A stretch of 62,408 bases of DNA, filler included, from Sphacelaria rigidula (Eukaryota): assembly GCA_964200075.2 (NCBI GenBank). It is 9 parts of 9 records of this genome, joined end to end, with 100 filler letters (N's around TTAATTAATTAA, not from the genome) between each part and the next. Parts side by side here need not be neighbours in the genome. Positions count along the whole stretch, not along the records: positions 20,839 to 27,683 come from CAXNAA020017790.1; positions 27,784 to 34,628 come from CAXNAA020017791.1; positions 34,729 to 41,573 come from CAXNAA020017792.1; 6 more parts are not named here. One strand, given 5' to 3'. The notes beneath the pieces are model-generated. The model was given only the letters and a program-made list of their open reading frames with translations. It had not been told where the DNA came from and searched no databases. Positions 24,012 to 36,204 of the stretch are shown here, piece after piece; position 1 is the stretch's first letter; each line of letters begins with the position of its first letter. The position numbers and the translations under genes are program-made.

Positions 24012-24614
24012 CGAGCTGGGCCAGCTTAGAAGCGGCTAAAAGTTGCTCACACCACAGCTTTCCCAGTTTCCCGAATGAATCCGATGTAAGCATATCACTG
24101 GGAACTGCAGACCCACCTGATGACAAAGGACCACGTCGCTGTTCGATTTGCGTCGTATTGCCAGTGACGTTATTGTACTGCATAGAGTACGGGATGCGCC
24201 TCATATCGTTGGGCGATAGCGTATCGGAGTGCTTTTTTTTAATGCGGTGGGTTCACGTCAGAAATCACCCCGCACTGGGTATTAGTGAGGTGTAGCAGCG
24301 TCACGCAAAACGTTGCACGTACGGCCAATCCGACGAGTATTGAGCTGAAATTTCACGAAGACCTTCTGCACCCAAGGAAATGATACGTCCCGTGAGCAGC
24401 TGCAGATGCCTATTCTTCTCTTGGACTCATGACATTATCTTGTTTTTGCTGAAATTTCAAATTTCCATTACTTCCTTTTTTTCGTTGCTGCTCACGTGAT
24501 ATTTTGCATGTCGATCATTAAAAGCTGCTGTCAAAATTTCAGCGTACAACTCCTAATATCGCGCCGTGCGTTGCCTGAGCGAGAAAACCACTCATTGTTG
24601 GCTGGCCTAGCTCG
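24012..24614. mobile_element. MITE with CGAGCTGGGCCAGC TIRs and TA target duplication (Tc1/mariner-like)
   Basis: TA-CGAGCTGGGCCAGC...GCTGGCCTAGCTCG-TA. The empty site is visible in the homologous repeat at ~14143-14157 (reverse complement CCGGACTACTAGTGG). Confidence 0.88.
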
Positions 24615-24809
24615 TACTGGTGGGTACTGGAGACACACGACACGGAATATGATCCCATAAATGTAACCATGGTAAGTGATGAACTTGGGGAGGGAGCGTG
24701 TTCATCGTCTCAGCGGTCTCCATGCCAAGGATCTCTGTTCATCAATGTTGCCCGCATACGCCATCGCCTCGGCTATAAACCAGGGGGAAGCAGTACCCTG
24801 GCGATGCAG

Positions 24810-25147
24810 TTTTTTCTTCACTTTAATTATTTTCTTATTTGTCGCACTTTGAACCCCTCCCCTTCCTCGGGACGAGTCCGTGGTCTAACGGTCTCAAGGG
24901 ATCAAGCCATCTCTCCCCGGTACACGCCTTGAATTTTGGTCTCGCGGATTGGGTCATGACTATCACCACTCCCGCACCGGGTCAACTCACGTCAAACAAA
25001 CACAGTCAAGTACTTTATTCTCTCACGTTCTCACGCTTTCCACGGTGGAAATCAGATACTACGACGAAAAACCAAATGCATCGGGAATCGAACGTTCGTT
25101 CTCTCGACCCTACTGGCGACAGTCGGACCATTACACCACCGGGGCGC
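24810..25147 (-). mobile_element. tRNA-derived SINE (family 2)
   Basis: The minus-strand head is GCCCCGGTGGTGTAATGGT (A box) ... GTTCGATTCCC (B box). The body carries the RTE 5' UTR-like motif, and there is an A-rich tail. The 3' boundary is approximate. Confidence 0.72.
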
Positions 25148-25731
25148 GGTGGCTACACAGAATATCCGCACTGTGCTGTGGGTTGCTTCTTTCATCACAG
25201 CAGTGGGTCTGGGCCAGCCGGTCGAGCGGTGTATACCGGCGTTGGTTGTGTATCTTTACCCAGTCATGTTCGGTATCGAGCGAGTAATGGGTCCGGGTAA
25301 AATCAAGTTTTCAACAGTCAAGTGTAGACCGCACTGCGTCCCGACTGATACTGTATTTTACAAAGAGACGAACACGACATAACAGCAGCTCACTCAGGCA
25401 ATCTCAGCGGAGACTAAACCGCCTTCGCAAGTTCTGAACACCCCATAGAGCAGTGATAGCTACAGCACATGAGAGCGGACGTGAGTGTGTTTGTGCTGCA
25501 GTACATTGAAACATGACATATTCCGTGTTTTGGTTCTTCGGCTCGTTTCAAACGGGTCCTCAGTGTTCGCCGGATGCTGATCTTAAACGCTCGGCCATAA
25601 TCGCGCTTCTCGTAAATAATATATTGCACTACAAAATCATCCCCATGCACGCGTCCTGTGCCAAATTTTCTGACCGGAAGTTACGTTTTTTCGAATGTGT
25701 CACGTCAAATTGTCACGTGTAACGTGTATAC

Positions 25732-26110
25732 CAGGGTTGCACATGGGATATCGATAATCGATACGATATTGACAAAGATAAGCGATACGCAGTATCGATA
25801 TCGGAGCGTAGCAAACCGATATTTATCGATGCGTACCAACACCGAATATCGACTATCGACTATCGATACGCTCGATATTTGGCCCCTTTTTTGTCACATT
25901 AGCTCAATATCTCGAACCCGTGGTCACAGGAACTGTAGGGGGGGAAAGTATTTTCCACACGGCGGATCCCCCAGTTGTTCCAGCCTCACTCCCCGCCACT
26001 CTACAAGGTCGCCTGCAACATCGTTACGAAGAATCGCAACAGGTTGAGTGCCGAATCGGTCAACCACCTTGTGTTTCTTCACGGGTGCCATGGAGTCACA
26101 TGGGCGATTC
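25732..26110 (+). mobile_element. Internally deleted hAT transposon remnant
   Basis: CAGGGTTGCAC terminus and dense subterminal TATCGAT repeats (25750-25880), then a hAT C-terminal dimerisation fragment PLYKVA/CNIVTKNRNRLSAESVNHLVFLHG (~25995-26090). The right TIR was not seen. Confidence 0.78.
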
Positions 26111-26502
26111 TAACCCGACATCAAAGAAAAGGTTGCGCTTCTCCACATGAGCAGTCAACGCAGTAACCATCTTGCTTCTGTGAGTTTGGCATTCCCGCAG
26201 TGTTTACATGTTGCACTTGCGAGTATTGCTGTCGAGCGGTTGCAAGGTGTGCAAATGGATGCCGTATCTTTTCTAGGATAGGAGGTGACGGAGTAACCGC
26301 TGGTGCCTTGTGGGTTCGGTGATTGGATTCAGCTGGGGGGTGTTTAACAACAGCGACATACGGGTGGCGTGGCGGAGTAGACCTGAGGTCACGATCCCTG
26401 CAAAGCTGGAGACAACAGTAGAAAAAACAGCTGTCCTTCGGAGTAGGAAGAGGTGGTAGTGTCGCTTCGCCCTTTTTTCAATTTTGACGAGTAATGGATT
26501 TT

Positions 26503-26579
26503 GTGCTCCGTCTCGAAAGGGATGCGTGGTCAATGGTCAAATGACTAAGGCAAGCAACAAATGAGTACGCCCCCCCCCC
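26503..26579 (+). repeat. Poly-C-tailed short element, subfamily A (consensus-like copy)
   Basis: GTGCTCCGTCTCGAAAGGGATGCGTGGTCAATGGTCAAATGACTAAGGCAAGCAACAAATGAGTACG-C10. Confidence 0.93.
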
Positions 26580-29500
26580 ATGCATTAGTCTGGACAGTCT
26601 ACTTGTTGCAAGCTTTTTGTTCGTTCTTCTCGGTTGTTGGCATTTGGGGCCTATCTTACCGACACTAGAAAGAGAAGCGAGAAACGGAACAAGCGTCCAA
26701 AAGCAACGTGTCGACTAGTCACCACAACCATTGGCCCGCCCCGCGATCAATCAACATGCTGCTTTTGCCGCTCGTTTCATTCTACGCCTTTTTTTCTTGT
26801 CTCGATAAAACGGGCCTTTAGTCTAGGCGTTTATATATTGGTTGGCATCAAAATATCAAAATATCAAAATTCGACGCATGCCGCCGACGTTTCATGTTTT
26901 TGGTAGTGAAAAACGTGGAGAAGGAAGAGCACGCATTTCAGTTTGGGCATGTTCGAGTTTTGGCGCGTTTTGTTTTTTAGTAAGCGCGCTGAGGCGAGGT
27001 ATGCGATTAATCGAGCGAAACACGCAGAATAATGGCCATTAAAATAAATATAACCAATACCACACCCAGCAAGGCTTTTGCTTTTTGTGCGCGCAAATAA
27101 TTTCGCATAAAACGGGGTTTTGCGCATGACCTTACGCGTTTTTTTCAAACATATGTTTTCGGAGATTTCAGGATAACAAAGGCATAAAAGCTAAGTTTTA
27201 CGCAAAACTTGGCGCATTTCCAACGGGATTATGCACCCCATGCCCAGCAGCTAGTAGCTGACCACGGGTGCTCCATGTGGCGTGGCTTGTAGGGTCATGG
27301 CGTTCGTGTTCGTAGCTTTTTTTTTTTTCTGCGAGTCTGATATTGGTTATTGTGCCGTACGTGAACTACTTCATGTCCATGTGAAACTCATGAATAAATA
27401 AATGTGTCACATTTCACATCAGACGTTGGCTTTTGCTTTTTTATGCGTGTCTTTTTTTTCAAGCCGGAAGGTACGTTCCATGAGAGGTGCTACCAGGAAC
27501 CGCCTCAAGAAGACCGCGAAAAAAGACGCATAAGTCGCGCACATTTCACCAAAATACGCATAGATCGGCACATGAAAAAAAAAAAAATGGAACGCAAAAA
27601 AAAAAAAAAACGCAAGTAAAGCAAAAGACCACACCCCGCCCGCCCACTGTTTTTAAATAACCACCGGAGGGCTCCCTGAGGTANNNNNNNNNNNNNNNNN
27701 NNNNNNNNNNNNNNNNNNNNNNNNNNNTTAATTAATTAANNNNNNNNNNNNNNNNNNNNNNNNNNNNNNNNNNNNNNNNNNNNGCGGCATGCGGGAGGTG
27801 CACCTAGCCATAGCTGCTTAACTGCTGCGGACATTTGGGGGGGAAGATAGCTTCGCTCGGTCGTAAGTGTTTCGCGTCATCCCTGCGAAAAATAAATGCC
27901 ACTTCAACCTCATTTTTGAGATGGACCCCATTTTCCAGGATCCGCGGTTCTGCGTAGAACGTCGAAGGGCCATCTTGGCCTTGCGAATCCCGGAATATGC
28001 ACCCTTAATTCCATACCGTTCAGCCTACTCCTGTGGAAAACACAGCTGATTCGAAACGATATGGTACAGGGGTGGTGCACTGTCGACACGCTGGGGGTAA
28101 GACTTGGCAGTTTGCACTGCTCCCCTGTTACGCAAGGCATAGTTTCCAGCGAAGTGTGCGGGTCCGCACGATACAGAACGCTCTAGGTCACGACTACCGA
28201 CCTTCCTCAGCTATGAGAACATGACACGCGCAAGTTTTGGAAATGTGGCCCCGTTCAAGCACAATGTGCTTCATGATGGACACGAGTTGGGGTGGTCGAA
28301 AAAGTGTGCCCTAAAACGGGCCTTTAAAAGGGGCCACCCACTGTACTGTGGTATGAAAGCGTCTTTGGGGGTTAATTTTACGTCAAGACCAGAAAATTGT
28401 TTGAGATAGATTGCCCTGTGTCCAGGGCGCTTCCAATTTCAATTTATTTCGGTTTTTGTGACGTTGCCGTCTCGGATTCCGGCGGTGAAACCGGAGTGGT
28501 CTCGGCTGGGGCCTTCTCCTCTCAAGTGAAGGTCTGCCCGTAACTTATTTTGTCATTGACACGTGGTATCTGTCTTCCACGGTTCGGACGAATCATCGCC
28601 GATTCGAATAACCAAATCCACGATTTCTTAGGCGTGATTGCTCGAAAGAGAGAGAAAAGTCGACCGCTGGTCAAACAGGTCTCCACGGAACGTTTGTGCC
28701 ATTCCACGTGCCTGGGCTACGCGTACCTGGGCTTCAACGCTGAAAACAAAGCCTAGGGATTGATTCGTACGGTACGAATCAATTACACTAAAATCGAATA
28801 ACTTTCGGACGAATCATTGATTTGTTCCTTGCTATCTTCATACGGTAGGTAGTGGAGGGACCGGTGGACTCGTTTCAGCACCAACACGCCCAGATATTTA
28901 TCATAATCTAAATGCTTCGTTTTATGTCTCGTTCGAATCACGTGTTTTATACTGCCTGTACTGCAGTATGGTTGCGTCCTTGCATTCCTTGACAAAAACT
29001 GCGCCTCCCGCGCCTCGTACACAGTTCACGATAACCATAGGATGTCGGTGGCGTTTACATGATGCATACAGTATCCATTTTTGAACTGGTACGGTATACT
29101 ATTTGGTACAACATGCAGCATGCGGGGGTACTACAAAACAAAAAGGGTTCACCACATCTTCAAGTGCAACTGCGATGGACTCGCTGGCATCTCTTCTGCG
29201 TGTTTTCGAATAAAGCGCGATGAAACATGAGGAGAAGTGCCATGGCGGGCTGCCACAGGCGAGTGCATCGATTTAGTGCACAAGCGCGCTGGCACGATGT
29301 CGACGATACGGAATATTGCGCTCGCGCTAGCGCGCGTGCTGCTCGAAAATAAAGCGCTCCGCGCGTGTAATTTAATTCAATGCAGAGGTTATACCCTATG
29401 GGTGTGGAGCCGACACTACTGTGTACCAACCGCAGCTGACGCGTTCGGCGGTATAACCTGCTCACTGCACAGCGGTATAGGGTGAAGGGTGACAAAACAC

Positions 29501-29789
29501 ACCGCAAGACGTGACATCCTTGGCCCATCCCTGCCACGCATTGATTTCGCGTTGTCCTACGCAGTTTGCCACATCATAAATGCACCCGCTTGTATCTGCG
29601 GCAAACGTGTACGCAGGATAATATCACGCCACACGCTACAGTATATCGCCACGTCACATTGTGTAGAACTGTCCGTGTTGTAGCTACAGCATGCATTTTC
29701 CCCAGGTGGCGCACGCCGGAGTGAAAGGCCGCCTCCGCCGCTGTAATGGCTGCCTGTATCTTGGGCGAAGCTGTATGGTAACACAGCCG

Positions 29790-29858
29790 CGGCTGGTGCG
29801 CCCACATAAGCCGAAAGGTGGAGATTGGCGTCCAGAATAGATGGGTCGACAACACACT
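29790..29858 (+). mobile_element. Retroposon 3' tail shared with SINE family 1 but attached to a different upstream body
   Basis: GGCTGGTGCGCCCACATAAGCCGAAAGGTGGAGATTGGCGTCCAGAATAGATGGGTCGACAACACAC aligns with 11092-11160. Confidence 0.8.
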
Positions 29859-31845
29859 GAATTTGCGCAGTACACTTTGAACAACGTGTTTGTTCTGGCT
29901 GTAGAAATATTTTGTCCACGGTTGGGTACATTTCGATACATAATGCAGGTTCTGGTACATCTCGACTTATAATGTAACGGACAGTCTGGTACGTTTCCAC
30001 CTGTACATGTATGTAATAATGCTACTCGGTGATATCGAGAAAAAATCCGCAAAATCTGGGCGAACTGCAGGTGAGGTGCAATCGCCGAAATATTCACCTG
30101 CAAACTCTCCTCCAGTACACTGTAAGCTGATATCGCTAGAACGATACTATCATACCCTCGTTGTCGGCTGCCAGACTGTCACAGACTGTCAGGGCGTGGG
30201 ATCAGCTAGCATTGCAACTATCTGTACAGGGGTGTACGTCGCCCCCTCATCAGGTACGTTTTGGAGCATGATACCAGATGAAATCATCCTTCCTTATACA
30301 TGGGCACCAAACGCTGGGGGTTCTCACTAAAGAGTTCGATTTGAAGCATGATACGAAGTAGGCAGCGGCAACTGCAGTGTGTCCAGGTGCCCCTTGGAGC
30401 AGGATGCATTTGGTGTCTGTTTGACGAAGTTATCCCCAAAAAATCGAAATCGATAAAGGTTTTAGAGCGAAAAAATCTAGCAAAACAATATCGCAAGAAT
30501 CAGGTCGCAGAAATCCTGCCGCAAAAACGGAGTCGCAAAAACCAGTTAGTCGAATTTTTACTCGCAGCAAAAACCAACTTCACTTTGTGAAATTGGAATT
30601 ATCGAGTTTCTCGACCAAACCTTTGTACAGGCATGTTCCTTGGACTATTCCGAGACGAATCATATATTTTTTCTTTTTGGGGCATTCCGTACGGTCTTCC
30701 GGCGGTCTCTACACTGGGACCCTCGGAAGCCGGTAGAAGATGGAAAATCTTCGAAACCTTGTCAAGAAGTTGGAGCATCAATACCCAAGGAAGTGCCAAG
30801 TTTGAGGATGATGTAAGCTTTTCTGCAACACACAGAATGGAAACTGTCATGAGGCTCCTTGGGTCTTTCGTGCGTATCACCAGTGGGAAGTACACGACGT
30901 CAAAACTCCACTTCACCGAAACATCACGGTTTCGGGTATAATTCGACCCCGCTGTACTCGTAACCGTTTTCAAATTCATTCAAGGTAGATACCCGAGCTG
31001 ATGGCGGTTACTACGATTTGAAGCATGAGGAGATTCGGTAAAAAATTGGCTTGCGATTGGAGTTTACAATTTCAGAATAATTTGAAGGGCACTAATTGGT
31101 CGAAGTGCCTTTTCGCCCTTAGCGCTACTAGTATGGCCTTAAACACGAATCCGGCTATGTCACGCTCTTCAGTTATCCGTGTTGGTTAGTTTGATGTTAT
31201 GTAAGCGACTATTGGGTAGGTATGACAAAAAGCATTTGCTGGTAACACACTTTTGGGTGATGGGCGTGAACCAGCCTGTACTTCCCGTGAACTCTTGTTC
31301 TTGTGGAGAAAATGTGTTTAGACATTGACCGAGTGCTCCTAATTTCCATACGGTAACGATCTTCCTCTCAACACCGCGACGTTTACTTTGAAAGAACACC
31401 ACAGTACAGACACCACCTCTTGGACCCAAACATTATCCCCCGCAACTACCAGATAAGCAAGGCACACCCTCTCTATGAATGGACTTGAAAAATCCACGAC
31501 GAGCGACTCTCCACTGCGTGAAGCCCCAGTGCAGACCAGTGTGAACGCGCATTCCAACTACTCAATTAGAAGCTAAGGGTTTCAAGCATGTATTTCTGAT
31601 TGCATTACTGTCCGGACCCTGACCATGTCCACTCGAGAAGCTTCAAGCTTCACCTTGAGTACCGCTCCGACGGACGCAACGGGAGCAATCAGAAATGGGG
31701 CACAAGTACGAGCAATAAAAACGAAAAGGACAAAAGAAAGCCTAAAAAAAAAACTACAGCGCGAACAAAAGAGCACGTACTACAAGCACTAACCATAAAC
31801 ACGTGAGGCGAGATAGTACATAACTGTACACAAACGAAAGACACG

Positions 31846-32073
31846 CTACTGCTTGGAACAGGTGGTCGCCACCACAGCCCCGAGCTCCTTGCAGCTGCAT
31901 CCCGATAGACAGCCTCGTGGCACCGTGTCGTCGTCTTCCATTGACGGCGCTGCCAACCCGAAGCTCAAGCGGCATTCGTACGTGTCGAAGTCTGGCTCCA
32001 TGGCCATTTTCATGCCCAGCGTTTCCTCGAAAAAACGCTCGGTGGGTATCTTGCACATGTTCGTGCAGAGTCC
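31846..32073 (-). CDS. D27: Terminal exon of a DWARF27-like beta-carotene isomerase (DUF4033 family)
   Basis: After a TAG acceptor (32076-32074) the exon reads GLCTNMCKIPTERFFEETLGMKMAMEPDFDTYECRLSFGLAAPSMEDDDTVPRGCL...stop. This matches the D27 C-terminal signature GMCxNxCKxPxQxFxxxxLGxPxxMxPNFxDxSCxMxFGxxPP. Confidence 0.88.
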   Translation of the reverse strand, partial: GLCTNMCKIPTERFFEETLGMKMAMEPDFDTYECRLSFGLAAPSMEDDDTVPRGCLSGCSCKELGAVVATTCSKQ

Positions 32074-34556
32074 CTACTTTTCGAAACACAACATGAAGAC
32101 AAGAGCGCGCGGTTACGACCGTGGGAGTGTACTCATGATCATGCATGTCATAGTCATAAGACCTTTGACCTCGGGAAGGGTATCCAGGCCAACAGTCGTT
32201 GACGGAAGGGGGGGGGAAAGATCCAAAGGCCCATGGGGGGAATTTCGCGATGAAGCGATTGGATTAATGAAATATAACTTGGAAACGTCATCATTGCGCA
32301 AAAATGGGAACATCAGTACGTTACACATGTTCATGTACTGCCCGTCTTTCTGAAAAGGGGAGAAGAACAAAAGATGACAATTGTCCGGGACGCAGGCATG
32401 CTGGTAGAAAGGTCAAACATAGTTGAGTACTACCAAGCATTATTCATCACGCGGTTGGCCATGCCTTTTTGGCAGAAACGGTCATCTCTCTTGGAAACGA
32501 AGAAAAGAAAAATCAAAGCTGGCGCCCTCACGAACACGATGTCGCATGGGACACGCTATCTTCAGCAACTATTCACCACTCGACCTTCGACGCGTTGGGG
32601 AGTCTTCCCTCTATGCATGTGGTATTTCGTGTGTGGGGGAAGCGTTCGTGCTTGAAAGCAGACCCCCCGATTTTCAACTACTGCTGCTCTTGTGCAAACG
32701 AACAGATCGTTTCGACCTGCCGTACGCGTGTAGCAAAAGTGTACAAGAAAATTCAGTAGCCATGGCAAAAACATGCTGAAATCTTCAGGGTGCACAGAAT
32801 ATGAATGCTCCCTCCAGTAACAGATCGAAGATCCTGTTAATAGTGTGCAGTTGATAGATGACTCATGTTCCGTCCTTGTTGGTGTGTGTGAAAAAAAAAT
32901 CAATAAAAAGCAAAAACGTGATGATTTTTGGGCCGCTGCTTGTCGTGTAGCGGGGGAGAGCATGAAAAATGTCCCGTCTAGGCGCTTCGGCTTCTGATGT
33001 TCCTGCCAAACAAGAGACCGGCCTACCCTACGCAGAGTCCTTCACCTCGGGGTGACCTGCTCTGATCTCCGACAGGTTTTCTGTGTACCTTCACCATTAT
33101 TTCGTGCACGTGGTTTTGACTCTGGACCGAATCAGACTCTGTAAGTGAGTGTAGGCATGAAAATTTCGATTCGTTCAACATCGTAAGGTGTTTTCTGGAT
33201 GAATGAACTCGGAAGCGTTCACTCGTCAAGATGTTCGTCTGGGGAATTTCTCACCCGGTCCGAAGTCAAACTCCGTCCACGGACGAACTGGTGGAGTGGC
33301 AACCTGGTCCAAGGTGACAGGATCTACCTAACCTTCTCGTCTGGCGAAAAGCAAATGCAAAAGCGCAACACAGCTTTTTTCTCGCTTGTTTGTATCACAA
33401 ACACCGCAAGAAGCAGGCTTGACACTCGAACTATAAGCGCGAGGTGTTATCTCGGAACAATATTTCTTGGGCCAGAGTCCCTGTCCGGCTACCTGGTGTC
33501 GTACTGCTGCACTGCGATCGCAGCATGGTCCTGTGCAACTAAGATCCAACACTAAGCGGACAAAACACCGATATGCAGAGGCCCCAATCTGCGCAAAATA
33601 CTGGTGAATCAGATTTGCCAAAGTCAGAACTAAACGGGGTCCATTATGGTTTCACAATCCTTTTCATTCAGTTCTGCACACGAGGTGTAAGTTTCTGAAG
33701 CGGTGAGGGGGAGGGGGGAGGGGGGGTCGCTTACAAGTTGAGCCGAAGAACAGGCGGGTAGTGAATCATCCTTCAAGTACAGCCCTGTCGTGGTACCTAG
33801 GGTAGTACAGTGCAGTACACTCCATCATCACAGGACGTGGTGAAATCAGTATTGCAACAAAAGTGTGAGAAAACAGTGCAGTGAGTGTGGTGCCGTACAT
33901 CAATCTTCAAGTACAGCGGCAACAGACAGTGGGACACTACAGCACCGCTCGTTACGGTGGCACATACGGCAGTACAGTGTAGGAGATCACTCCCGCCGCA
34001 TCGTACGGCATCACTTTTTCATTGATCGTCCAACTATCCTCACACAGGGTACGGCGCCAAACCCCGTGCGCGCTAACTGTGTAATGAAGCTGCTCCGACC
34101 AACTGGCCAAGGCAGGCACTCTCTATGCTGTCTGCCTCTACTCTGTCTACAAGATCAAACGCATCTTGCTTCAACGCCGTCCGTCACTGCACCTACATCA
34201 TCTTCATGAAAATCGAGAAATTCCCATCTGGGCTACACCAATCTGGGCCATACATATACCCATTATGGGCAGAATACAACTCTGACTGGTCCCAATCTAC
34301 GTACAGATCCAGATCCGTGTCAGCAACCTCACTGGCCTGACTGTGTTATTCATCATATTTGGTCCATGCAGTACACTAATTCTGGCTACCAAGGGGTGGG
34401 GCAAATGACAACGAATATTCGGAAGCAGATCCTCAGTCGGTTGGATATACGCCTGGCAGTAAAGTGCAGCGTAGTCACGAGATAGCCACAACGAGTTGCT
34501 TTACAGGAATATGACTCAAATATCTACGGACTTGTTCCGACGAAGGCGAGGTCGGC

Positions 34557-34628
34557 TGGGGGAGCGGGGATGTGCACTCATGATCATGCATGCCATAGTC
34601 ATCTGACCATTGACCTCGCATACCTACA
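34557..34628 (-). repeat. Poly-C-tailed short element, subfamily B (truncated at the contig end)
   Basis: The reverse complement is TGTAGGTATGCGAGGTCAATGGTCAGATGACTATGGCATGCATGATCATGAGTGCAC followed by a C-rich tail. Confidence 0.85.
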
Positions 34629-36204
34629 NNNNNNNNNNNNNNNNNNNNNNNNNNNNNNNNNNNNNNNNNNNNTTAATTAATTAANNNNNNNNNNNNNNNN
34701 NNNNNNNNNNNNNNNNNNNNNNNNNNNNTGTCTTTTTGCCACGGGCATTCAAGTTTTTGGTTCCACTCCCCCCCCCCCCTTGGCCTGGTCTTTAGTTCTT
34801 TTCCCCCCCCCCCCCCCATCGTCGTCACTGGTTTTCCCACAGTTCTGTTCCGATATTTGACGCGATACCCTAACTTCTAACTTCCGAGTGAAATGCTACA
34901 TCACTTCCGAGTGAAATGCTATGCTCGGTTGGAGCCGGCCATCAATTGCCTAGTTCCCCTCGCGAGTAGAATTCCTGAAGTAAGAGACACGGATGATGGG
35001 ACGACAGTGTGAGGGAGGGGGGAAGGGAAGGGGGCGAAATCTACCTTAGTCACTCTTCACATATATCAACATGAGGGCTTCATTCCTCTCTCCTGTTTGT
35101 TCATAACGCAGATCATACTTCGTACAGTACCGTATGATCTCAATCAAACAAAAATGTCACCAACACGCAAAAGGAAGAAGACAACCAGCGTTAAAATTTG
35201 TAAAATCACGCAGCTGTACCACATGGGGCAGTAATTTTTAGGGAGCTTACATTGCACAATCATATTGGGAAAGAAAAAGAGAGAGAGAAAAAACCTCTAG
35301 TTGCTTCAGGGGAAACGGTGGTTCTGGATCCTGAAGTGAACAAAATATGAAGAGAAAAACAGAGAAAAAAAGAGACTCCCACAGCGCCCTCCGACAGGAG
35401 ACGACAACTGATGACAGGGACTCTCCTCGTTATATCTGCTGTTCCCACTGCTACTGACGCTCTGCTACCCGGTCAACCAAACTACCGTAGATCACGGAGC
35501 AAACTCGCGTCCTACGACTACATCACAGCAGGTATGTTGCCTCTGCAACTGTACATTCGAGGGTGGGTTTTCCCATCGCCCCTGGAGGTGTACCCCATAT
35601 AAGACCTACGGGTGGTATATTCCGTATAACACCTACAAACTGTTGCGAATAACCTAGCCGGTACAGTCTCCATGCATTGTATCTTGAATTGAGTTGTTGC
35701 AACTACAGAAAAAAGCGGCACAACCTGTTGCGGTTCAATGAAACTTCGAACAGTGTAGTGCAGTTACATTGCATCTTTATACGAAGAGTACCTCTTCTGT
35801 GTGGATGGGACCTCGAGTAGGATATTACTAATAGTAGGCGTATTGCCATGATTTGTCGATACTCTAGCGAGTATCTAGACCTCGTAAGTTGTAGGATATC
35901 TTGGATGGGAGGTTGCAGTTGATCTATGCTGGCAAGGCTACCGCGTCAGTAATATAGAGGTTGAATTGAATGATGCGGTTAGACTACGTACGTGTAGAGT
36001 GTTTGATTCTACTTCCAGGATTGAGCATGGTTGTAACCGGTGGTTCCTATCGCCCTTTCCAATCACTCTCCTTCACCACCTCCAGTTCTCTGCCTGTAAG
36101 AAGAGGCTGTGTATTCTGTTTTTCTTGCCCAGATGAAGAGCCCATCAACGATCTTGTCTCTCTGATTTTACTCTGAGCTGCAGGAGCAAGCGGATCAAAC
36201 ACCA

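Noticed and set aside
35400-36045. Possible solo LTR ending GGTTGTAAC
   Set aside because: The composition is LTR-like, but I could not establish a matching partner, TSD, PBS or PPT.
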